DNA of 64,000 nt, taken from NCBI GenBank assembly GCA_044229845.1, contig JBGASG010000002.1:224001-288000 (forward strand), written 5' to 3'. Source of the stretch: Candidatus Obscuribacteraceae bacterium (GTDB lineage Bacteria; Cyanobacteriota; Vampirovibrionia; Obscuribacterales; Obscuribacteraceae). Within the stretch, counting starts at the first letter, position 1. Each line of letters opens with the position of its first letter. Below are positions 56,712-64,000 of the stretch, piece by piece. The position numbers were made by a program, and so were the translations under genes. The notes below the pieces were generated by a model. The model did no database searches. It had not been told where the DNA came from and saw only the letters and a list, made by a program, of their open reading frames with translations.

Positions 56712-57327
56712 GGCGATGCCCCGCGCTCACCATCCCCGGTGCGGAGAAGCCAATCAACAGATCCACGACTTCGTCCACTTGCCAGGTCTGAGTGTTCGAG
56801 TAACGTCGGCGAATATTCTTGCCGCGCGTTAGAAACGTGACGATGATGCTGAGCATAAATTCAAAACGCCATTCGTAGTCGGCGTCGCTTCGGTTGGGAA
56901 TCACTTTGCGAAACGCTGCGATAAACTCATGGCGGCAGCCCGCATAATGCTTGTCGACCATCGAGAATACCGGCTCCGGCTCACTGTGACAGCGCCCCAG
57001 GAACTGCGACAGCACCTCACCTTTAGCGCCCATCTTCTTAATCAGCGCCACCGGGGGCTCATAGAACGCGCGCAGCACATCCTCGATTTTCACTCCACGG
57101 CGTTGCATCTCGGCGCGCAGCCGAGCCAGCTGTTGTTCGACAACGGGCGCGGCGAAACGTTCCGTCACGGCAGCGAACAAATCTTCCTTGGATCCAAAAT
57201 GATAGGCAACCGCCGCCACATTTACCTGGGCATCTTTAATGATGCCGCGCAAGGACGTTCCCTCATAGCCGAACTGAGCAAAGTGCTCTTCGGCAACATT
57301 CATTATCTGGGTGCGAGTATCGGTCAT
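56704..57327 (-). CDS. TetR/AcrR family regulator (PsrA-like)
   Basis: TRTQIM.VAE..FA..GYEGTSLR.I...A.VNVAAV.YHFGSKEDL HTH. Confidence 0.92.
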   Translation of the reverse strand: MTDTRTQIMNVAEEHFAQFGYEGTSLRGIIKDAQVNVAAVAYHFGSKEDLFAAVTERFAAPVVEQQLARLRAEMQRRGVKIEDVLRAFYEPPVALIKKMGAKGEVLSQFLGRCHSEPEPVFSMVDKHYAGCRHEFIAAFRKVIPNRSDADYEWRFEFMLSIIVTFLTRGKNIRRRYSNTQTWQVDEVVDLLIGFSAPGMVSAGHRHV

Positions 57328-57355
57328 CGCTACCTTTATAGGGGTCAGCACTAGT

Positions 57356-57402
57356 TTGACACACTTTTTGTTCAACTGTATGATTCAATCACTTGATTGA
57401 AT
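57356..57402 (+). promoter_or_regulatory. Sigma70 promoter with overlapping palindromic operator
   Basis: TTGACA (57356)-N17-TATGAT (57379); ATTCAATCA-CT-TGATTGAAT at 57383-57402. Confidence 0.75.
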
Positions 57403-57420
57403 TCCATAAGTGAGGCGGTT

Positions 57421-58563
57421 ATGACGACACCAGTTACAGCCGCGGCAGGCGCACGCGAAGACGCCGGCCGCATCTTGGACTCCAGCGACGCCGGCGTGGG
57501 CGCGCGGTACAAACTAAACGACATTTATTGTGCCGCCTGGCTCAGCCACGCGGTGAGCGCGGTGGTCGAACATCGGGTTCCGGACTTTCTGCCCGCCGAA
57601 GGAAAGGTTCACTACAGCGAAATTGCCGCCCGCGCCAATTTGCACGGGCCGGCACTCTATCGCGTCTTGCGCGCGCTGTCGGCCAACGGAATTTTTTCCG
57701 CGGACGGCTGCTGCGGCGAGAGCTTCGCGCACAATCCGGTTTCGCTCTTGCTGCGCACCGACCACCCCCAGAGCTGGAGCGGCATGTCGCGCATGTGGGA
57801 CCATCCATCATGCCTGAATGCCTGGCTGCACCACCGACAAAGCCTCAAAGACGGCCGCTCCGGCATCGAACACGCCTTCGGCAAACCGCTCTACGCGCAC
57901 CTCGCCGATTACCCCGAGGTAACCAGAGCCTTCTCCGACGCCATGATCAGCAACTCGGCGCACGCCGCAGACGGCATCGCCCGCCAGTTTCCGTTTGCAG
58001 AATACTCTTCTGTTGTCGATCTGGGCGGCGGAGTCGGAACACTGCTCCTGCAAATACTTCGGCACCACCCGCATCTGCAGGGCACCCTGTTCGAGATTCC
58101 CGAACTGGAAGAATTGTCCAGACAAAACATCGAGGCACACCATCTCGAGTCACGCTGCCGATTTGTGCGCGGCGACTGGTTCAGCTACGTGCCGCAGGGT
58201 GCAGACCTGTACATGGTCAAAAACTCACTCTGGAACTGGAATGACGAGCAGTGCCTGACCATTATGCGCAACGTGCGCAGAGCTATGAGTACAAACGGCG
58301 CCGAAAACTGCGGCACAAGCGACGGCGCTCCGTCCGGCACCACCAGCAGTGGCAGACCGCCCGCCTTCATGATCATCGAATACGTGATCGACGACCTCAA
58401 TCAACGCTGGACGACACTCTACGATCTGCAAATCCTCAACATGCCCGGCGGTCGCGCACGCACTGCCGATGAATACCGGCGACTCCTGGAACAAGCCGGC
58501 TTCAGCTTGCAAAGTATGCATTATGTTGAGGACCAGACGCTGGTAATCGGAGTACCCGCCTGA
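57421..58563 (+). CDS. SAM-dependent O-methyltransferase (COMT/Methyltransf_2 type)
   Basis: Dimerisation domain LYRVLRAL...GIF; VDLGGGVG, GDWF and GGRART..EY..LL..AGF motifs. Confidence 0.9.
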   Translation: MTTPVTAAAGAREDAGRILDSSDAGVGARYKLNDIYCAAWLSHAVSAVVEHRVPDFLPAEGKVHYSEIAARANLHGPALYRVLRALSANGIFSADGCCGESFAHNPVSLLLRTDHPQSWSGMSRMWDHPSCLNAWLHHRQSLKDGRSGIEHAFGKPLYAHLADYPEVTRAFSDAMISNSAHAADGIARQFPFAEYSSVVDLGGGVGTLLLQILRHHPHLQGTLFEIPELEELSRQNIEAHHLESRCRFVRGDWFSYVPQGADLYMVKNSLWNWNDEQCLTIMRNVRRAMSTNGAENCGTSDGAPSGTTSSGRPPAFMIIEYVIDDLNQRWTTLYDLQILNMPGGRARTADEYRRLLEQAGFSLQSMHYVEDQTLVIGVPA

Positions 58564-58630
58564 TTTCCAGTATTCTAATTTCAGGCGGCTGCGCACTGGG
58601 CATAATGAGCATGAGCGAGAGGGCTAATTC

Positions 58631-59683
58631 ATGACATCGGGCGCAAACGACGACGACAACCGGAACTACCTGCCCGGTCAACCGGTGATGTGCCGGATTG
58701 AAAAAGAGCAGCCCGGCGGCTACGTCGTCACGGTACTCTCACCCGCGCCCGGGGAAGACGACGTCGGGCAAGTAGCCAAGCCCGGCTTCTTAGGAACCGA
58801 TCGCGCTCATACGCCAGGCGATATCATCATGGGTCAGTTCGTGTCAGCGACCCGCAAACAAATTCTGCTGTCCGAGCACGCAGCGGCGATTGCCAAGAGC
58901 GGCGCCTTCAAAGAAGTCCTCGACCCGGCACTGGCACGACTGTGCGGAGTCCAGAAATACAAGCTGTACACATACAAGGCAATCGGCAACAGCAGCCCGG
59001 TGCGTCTCAAGCGCGCGGTCGACCTGATTCCCAATGCCACCGATCCCAAAGATGTGATCCCCGTCGAAACCGGACGCCACGGCCCCGATGTTTTGATCGA
59101 GCGCCTCGAGTCCGAGCGTTACACCGGCGTCTTGCGCGTCAACTCGGAAGAGCGCATGAGCCGTGCCGCCATGCTGTTGTTCCAGGGACGCGTCGTCGGC
59201 TGCCACTACGCCTGCAAAGAATTGCCTTATCTCGTTTCTACAGAAGGCGCACTGCAGCTGGCTCTCGGCGATATCGGATTCACGCGCACCAGCGCCACTC
59301 TCTATCCGCTTCCCGAACCAGTCATACTTTCTCTGGCGGCACTTTTCCTCGGTCAACTCCAGGATCACGAGCACGACGAAAGAGCGGGCGCAGCCATGGG
59401 TAAACTTTGCAAAGATTTCGCGGAGCAGCATGCCACCGCCTGCATCGCCATCACCTGGCCGCCGACCGAAGATATGTGTTTTGTATTCATCCACGAAGGT
59501 CAGATTCACGGCAGTTTTCGCGTCGACGAACGGGCGATCACCGCCGACCCGGAGATCGTGTTTGAACTGCTCAAACACAACGGCGAGGCCTCGCTGCAAG
59601 CCAGTGTTCTGCCAAACGAAGTGCTGGGCAGACTGAACACAATCGGTTATGCCTTGCGCGAAGCCGCCCTGAAAGTTGATTGA
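58631..59683 (+). CDS. Hypothetical protein (possibly DUF4388-like)
   Basis: Long ORF; L...RYTGVLRV......AAMLLFQGRVVG pattern. Confidence 0.65.
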   Translation: MTSGANDDDNRNYLPGQPVMCRIEKEQPGGYVVTVLSPAPGEDDVGQVAKPGFLGTDRAHTPGDIIMGQFVSATRKQILLSEHAAAIAKSGAFKEVLDPALARLCGVQKYKLYTYKAIGNSSPVRLKRAVDLIPNATDPKDVIPVETGRHGPDVLIERLESERYTGVLRVNSEERMSRAAMLLFQGRVVGCHYACKELPYLVSTEGALQLALGDIGFTRTSATLYPLPEPVILSLAALFLGQLQDHEHDERAGAAMGKLCKDFAEQHATACIAITWPPTEDMCFVFIHEGQIHGSFRVDERAITADPEIVFELLKHNGEASLQASVLPNEVLGRLNTIGYALREAALKVD

Positions 59684-59793
59684 TTCCCAGCCGACATGCA
59701 GGGATGCGCCGCACTTGTCACGCGATTAGGAAATTCCGATTGCTCTGTGGGTTGAAGCGCGTTATGCTTGATCCGTTGGGTCCTTCAGCTGTG

Positions 59794-60798
59794 ATGACTG
59801 TGCGAAAACTTGTCAGTTGCGGCTTCGCATTACTAACCATATTATTTGCGGCGAGCATCGGTCCGTCGTCGGCAGAGCCCGTCTGCAACGTCGACAGCGC
59901 CATCGGAGACAAGCTCCGGCTGCCCGTATACGAGTGGGTCGACACAACGGTGCAACCGAAAGGCATCGTGGTGGCGGTGCACGGACTGACATTCTATGCA
60001 GCCGCATACGACAAACTGGCACGGCACCTGGCCGCCAACGGATATGCAGTTTATGCAGCCGACTTGCGCGGGTTCGGCAGATGGAAAACCGAAGCGAAGA
60101 AGTTCGGCGGCGACGATCAAATTCACTTCACGCAGAGCAAAGAAGATCTGCTGCGCATCGTCACGCAGTTGCGCATTCAACATCCGGAGCAGCAAATCAT
60201 TTGCCTAGGCGAGAGCCTGGGCGCCAACTATGCACTGTGGGCACTCTCCGAAGAACAGGGACAGTTGTTTGATGCAGGCATCATTTTCGCACCGGGTGTG
60301 AAAACCCGCATTCACCCGCAGCCGCGCATGGCGATCGATTTTTTCCGCGGACTCAGACATCCCAACAAAAGACTGAACCTGGAACCATACATCACCCCTT
60401 ATCTCTCCAACGACAAACAACTGACGAACGCCTGCCTGGCGGATGCGAGCATCTGCCGCGACCTCAGCCCGGTTGAATTGATCAAGGCGCACATCACCAA
60501 TCGCCGCGCCATCGAACACGTCGAGCGCATTCCCGCCACCACTCCCATCATGCTGGTGGGCGGCGCCAACGATCAAGTCTTCAAAAGTGCAGCGCTGCCC
60601 GACTTCGCCAAACGCCTGGGTTCGCAGGACGTCAGCGTCACCACGTTATCGGGTAAGGGACACTTGCTGCTGGAGAACCAGGAAGTGGATGCGCGCATTC
60701 AGGACGCGCTGGATAACTGGCTGCAAACTCGCGAGCCCGATGTCCAGATGGCACGCGCCAACCCGCATCCCGCCCGGCTTTCAGCGCACTCGCAATAG
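59794..60798 (+). CDS. Exported alpha/beta hydrolase, lysophospholipase-like
   Basis: VHGL, DLRGFG, GESLG nucleophile, DQV and GHLL motifs. Confidence 0.88.
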   Translation: MTVRKLVSCGFALLTILFAASIGPSSAEPVCNVDSAIGDKLRLPVYEWVDTTVQPKGIVVAVHGLTFYAAAYDKLARHLAANGYAVYAADLRGFGRWKTEAKKFGGDDQIHFTQSKEDLLRIVTQLRIQHPEQQIICLGESLGANYALWALSEEQGQLFDAGIIFAPGVKTRIHPQPRMAIDFFRGLRHPNKRLNLEPYITPYLSNDKQLTNACLADASICRDLSPVELIKAHITNRRAIEHVERIPATTPIMLVGGANDQVFKSAALPDFAKRLGSQDVSVTTLSGKGHLLLENQEVDARIQDALDNWLQTREPDVQMARANPHPARLSAHSQ

Positions 60799-60924
60799 TT
60801 GCATACAATATGTGGCGTTACAATTGCCGCCCCGTCGCTAGCGCATTGCTGAGCTACGTGCATAATGGATCTAAGGATCCGATTTTGCGGCCATGTGCTC
60901 ACGGGTTCCTGCAGCACCACAAAA

Positions 60925-61054
60925 CTGGCGTTTTCTTGGGGGCGCCGGCCAACAGCCGGCTTCTATGCTGCACCAGGTAATTTGGCGTTTTCCTGGAGCG
61001 CCGGCACGTTAGCCGGCGCAGCTGGGCAGCTGGCGTTTCCCTCGAAAACGCCAG
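60925..61054. repeat. REP-like hairpin cluster
   Basis: Two ~35-bp units TGGCGTTTTC.TGG..CGCCGGC-loop-GCCGGC (60926, 60983) plus hairpin CTGGCGTTT...AAACGCCAG (61030-61054). Confidence 0.6.
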
Positions 61055-61189
61055 GGTCTGCTGCGGCATGGGACACACCAGCGGTGGTGGCGCGTAATTG
61101 AGGAGTCCCGGTATCTCGCTTTTTCGCAAAGACACGGCGCATGGCGGGGGGGAAACCATGTCGGCTACGCCGCGCGTGCAAACGCGGCT

Positions 61190-61708
61190 GTGTCTAGCGA
61201 AATAGCGAGATGCTATCTGCACCAACACAGGATAGACAGCATGCTCAGATTATGCGCACTCAAAATGTGCCTCGTGACTGGATTGATCGCTTTGTTTCTG
61301 CACACCATTCCGACCGCAGCCCAGGCCAATGTCGATTATCTAGCCTGGCCGCAGTTGACCGAGAAAGGCGCACGCGCCATGAATTCCCAACGTTATGACA
61401 CAGCGGAGGTCTGCTTCCTGGGCAGCATCCAGAGCCTCTCGCCGTATCCCAGCTGTGCCACCAAAGACTATCACCTTTACCAATCCTACTCTCAGCTAGC
61501 CAGTATTTACAAAATCAGAAACAACCCGGTCGACGAACTGCGCTGCCAGTTTGCCGCCCAGTGGCACCAGTTCTGGGGCTATGCCGTCGCTGTCGCTCCG
61601 TTCAAAATCGGCGAAGCCCTGCCGTATTTCCTGATCGTGGTGGCAGTTCTGGAGACGATCTTCGCCGTAGCGTTCGGGATGCGACCTAATAAAGTTCACG
61701 AAGAGTAG
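61190..61708 (+). CDS. Hypothetical membrane protein with TPR-like helices
   Basis: Signal-like segment, helical core and C-terminal TM. Confidence 0.6.
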   Translation: MSSEIARCYLHQHRIDSMLRLCALKMCLVTGLIALFLHTIPTAAQANVDYLAWPQLTEKGARAMNSQRYDTAEVCFLGSIQSLSPYPSCATKDYHLYQSYSQLASIYKIRNNPVDELRCQFAAQWHQFWGYAVAVAPFKIGEALPYFLIVVAVLETIFAVAFGMRPNKVHEE

Positions 61709-62735
61709 TGCGCAAGCCGCTGCCCTCGACGATGTCGGTGCTGTCGCTCAGTTGATCGATGCCACCATACAGACGGCGCGCCGCAATCGCCTTCACGGTT
61801 TCATCCTTGATTTGTCGTTTTATCGCCTCTGAAAACTCACCCATGCTGATCACTTTGAACGGGCGATCGTGAAAACTTTTTACCTCCGCAGGCAGCGCCT
61901 CGGTGATACCAAGGGCGTTATGGCGGGCGGCAACGACGGCATATGCAGCACACAGATGCCGTTCACGCTCCTGCCATTCGACAGCCGCCAGAGCGCGGCG
62001 CAAATGCGGCTGCAAATCCGCTGCGGCAGCGAGCCTGGCAAACGCCGTTCCGAACCATTTCGGGTACGGAGCGTAGCGCCTTTCCATCAAGAAACAAAGA
62101 CGCATCAAGTCGCGCACCAACCGAGCGGCGATCAGCGCCGAACCGATTTCATCGCCGACATAGCCGGCCCGCCCCATCAAGTGCTCTTCCTGCTCGATGC
62201 GCTTCCAACCGGCAGCCAGCAAGTAAAGCCAGACATCATGCGGATAGTAGAGAAACCGTTCGCGCACCGCCTGCAACAGGCCGCCGTCGTCGTGAAAAAC
62301 CCGTCCGGCGGTCGCCGTCGCCAGCTTTTGCTGAGGAAACGTCAACCAGTCGGCCGGCTCGATCCGGCGCTCGATGTCGAAACCGAGGTGTTCCATGAAG
62401 AACATCGCCGGCGTCAAAATCTCGACGCGATGCTCGCCTCCGACGCGCGTCGGGTAACCGAGAAATTCCCGGGGCAGATGCAGCGCCAGAGTTGCCGCCA
62501 TGTCCGCTGCCAGGCGCTCGTGGTCAGGGCCGGTCGAGAGAAATATCTGCGCCCGCGGACCCCAGTCATGGTCGCTGGACATCGGTGTGTCAAAACCCAG
62601 AACCTCAGAGCCGTCGCCTATCAGCGCAGCACTGTATGTGGTGCCGGACCAGTGCCGGTCGAGAACAGGCTTGATCGCTTCGCGGAAAAACCGCTCGCTC
62701 AAATCCAATCCCGGAATAAACTCGGCGCCGGTCAA
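61686..62735 (-). CDS. DUF4037 domain-containing protein (nucleotidyltransferase-like)
   Basis: G.GSEVLGFD..S.DHDWGPR, WL..PQQ.L...T.G.VFHD and YAPY.KW motifs; TTG start just after the helicase stop. Confidence 0.85.
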   Translation of the reverse strand: MTGAEFIPGLDLSERFFREAIKPVLDRHWSGTTYSAALIGDGSEVLGFDTPMSSDHDWGPRAQIFLSTGPDHERLAADMAATLALHLPREFLGYPTRVGGEHRVEILTPAMFFMEHLGFDIERRIEPADWLTFPQQKLATATAGRVFHDDGGLLQAVRERFLYYPHDVWLYLLAAGWKRIEQEEHLMGRAGYVGDEIGSALIAARLVRDLMRLCFLMERRYAPYPKWFGTAFARLAAAADLQPHLRRALAAVEWQERERHLCAAYAVVAARHNALGITEALPAEVKSFHDRPFKVISMGEFSEAIKRQIKDETVKAIAARRLYGGIDQLSDSTDIVEGSGLRTTLRELY

Positions 62736-62739
62736 GAAA

Positions 62740-63909
62740 CTAAACGATGCGACGGCGTCCGCGCCCAAACGAGCGCCCGCCGGGACTCGGTGTCTTGGAT
62801 GCCGGACGAATCGGCGGCAAAAACTCGCGACCCACCAGTTTCTCGACATCGCGCAAAAGGTGCTGTTGTTCTTCCGAAACGAATGTGACGGCGATGCCGG
62901 TCTTGCCGTTTCTTCCCGTTCTGCCGATGCGGTGCACGTACTCTTCCGGCGTGTTGGGCACGTCGTAATTGATCACGTGAGTGATGTTGGTGATGTCCAG
63001 CCCGCGGGCAGCAACGTCGGTCGCCACCAGCACCGGGAACTCACCGCGACGGAAACGAGCAATCGTGCTTTCGCGCTGCTTCTGGCTGATGTCGCCGTGC
63101 ACTTCTTCGGCAATCACTTTCGAATCGCGCAAGCGGTCGGTGACCCAGGTGGCCTTGCGGCGTGTGCCGGTGAAGACCAATACCGAAGAATCACCGAATT
63201 CCTGCAGCAGGCGGAAAAGCAGATCGTCCTTGGCAAACTCGTGCACATTAATCACACGTTGTTCGATGGTGTCCGGCTCCAGTTCTTCCGTGTTGACGCG
63301 GACAATCGCCGGTTCCATGCAAAACGTCGACGCCAGCCGTTCGATGCGATCGTCGATGGTGGCGGAAAACATCATCGTCTGCCGCTCAGTGGGCACGCGA
63401 TTGATGATGCGCCGCACCTGCGGCATAAAGCCCATGTCCATCATGCGATCCGCTTCATCCAGCACCAGCACTTCAATGGTGGCAAGACTGACGGTCTTGC
63501 TTTCCATGAAGTCGATTAAGCGACCGGGCGTGGCCACAATCACATCGACTCCGCGCTCCAGCGAATTGCGCTGTGTATGATAACTGGTGCCACCATATAG
63601 AGTGGCAACCCGCAGCTTGTTGTGCTTGGCAAACAGTTTCAGCTGTTCGCTGACCTGCATCGCCAGTTCGCGCGTCGGCACCAGGACCAGAGCCCGCGGC
63701 GACTCGTCGCGCTCTTCGAGCATGTCGACAAGTGGCAGACCATAAGCAGCTGTCTTACCGGAACCCGTGTGCGCCGATGCCACCACATCCCTGCCGTTGA
63801 GAGCGATGCCGATGGTTTGACGTTGTATATCCGTTGGCTCAACGAAGCCTATATCTTTGAGGGACTTCAGCACGGGGCCTGACAATCCCAGCTCCACAAA
63901 TGTACTCAA
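62740..63909 (-). CDS. DEAD-box RNA helicase (RhlE-like)
   Basis: Q motif, TGSGKT, PTRELA, TPGRL, DEAD, SAT, ARGLD and HRIGRTGR motifs. Confidence 0.96.
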   Translation of the reverse strand: MSTFVELGLSGPVLKSLKDIGFVEPTDIQRQTIGIALNGRDVVASAHTGSGKTAAYGLPLVDMLEERDESPRALVLVPTRELAMQVSEQLKLFAKHNKLRVATLYGGTSYHTQRNSLERGVDVIVATPGRLIDFMESKTVSLATIEVLVLDEADRMMDMGFMPQVRRIINRVPTERQTMMFSATIDDRIERLASTFCMEPAIVRVNTEELEPDTIEQRVINVHEFAKDDLLFRLLQEFGDSSVLVFTGTRRKATWVTDRLRDSKVIAEEVHGDISQKQRESTIARFRRGEFPVLVATDVAARGLDITNITHVINYDVPNTPEEYVHRIGRTGRNGKTGIAVTFVSEEQQHLLRDVEKLVGREFLPPIRPASKTPSPGGRSFGRGRRRIV

Positions 63910-64000
63910 ACTGATTTCCTTAATTCGAGCAGGATACTCACTGCTCCTTCACACTGCCTGCCGCGCGGCACTCATTTGGAAAAACCTTTCCATTCACATC

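Overview
This is a gene-dense (about 57 CDS), moderately GC-rich bacterial chromosomal window. I found no rRNA, CRISPR array, integrase or transposase. The many TPR proteins, secreted caspase-family proteins and a TPR-fused Ser/Thr kinase suggest Ca. Obscuribacterales/Vampirovibrionia, but this is inference only. Recognisable loci are a YbhGFSR-like ABC export operon, an aminotransferase-betA-EamA cluster, a sirtuin, tRNA-Glu and tRNA-Asp, an L,D-transpeptidase and M23 peptidase, an orphan rpsB, mtnB-mtnD-mtnC, msrA, a TetR-NAT/O-methyltransferase divergon and a DEAD-box helicase. The most unusual observations are: (1) an acyl carrier protein circularly permuted exactly at its phosphopantetheine serine, which is lost; (2) a secreted 21-aa-repeat protein in an apparent operon with a CsgG-like protein, a candidate non-canonical curli/amyloid system; (3) a Clp N-domain fused to a MazF/PemK toxin with no antitoxin nearby; (4) three families of intergenic palindrome arrays with 31-34 bp spacing, including a ~170 bp dispersed element and a triple site in front of a DUF2239 gene; (5) a tRNA-Asp enclosed in a 15-bp leader-trailer stem, downstream of a short leader ORF and an atypical tRNA-Glu. 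All family assignments come from motif recognition by eye; no searches were run.
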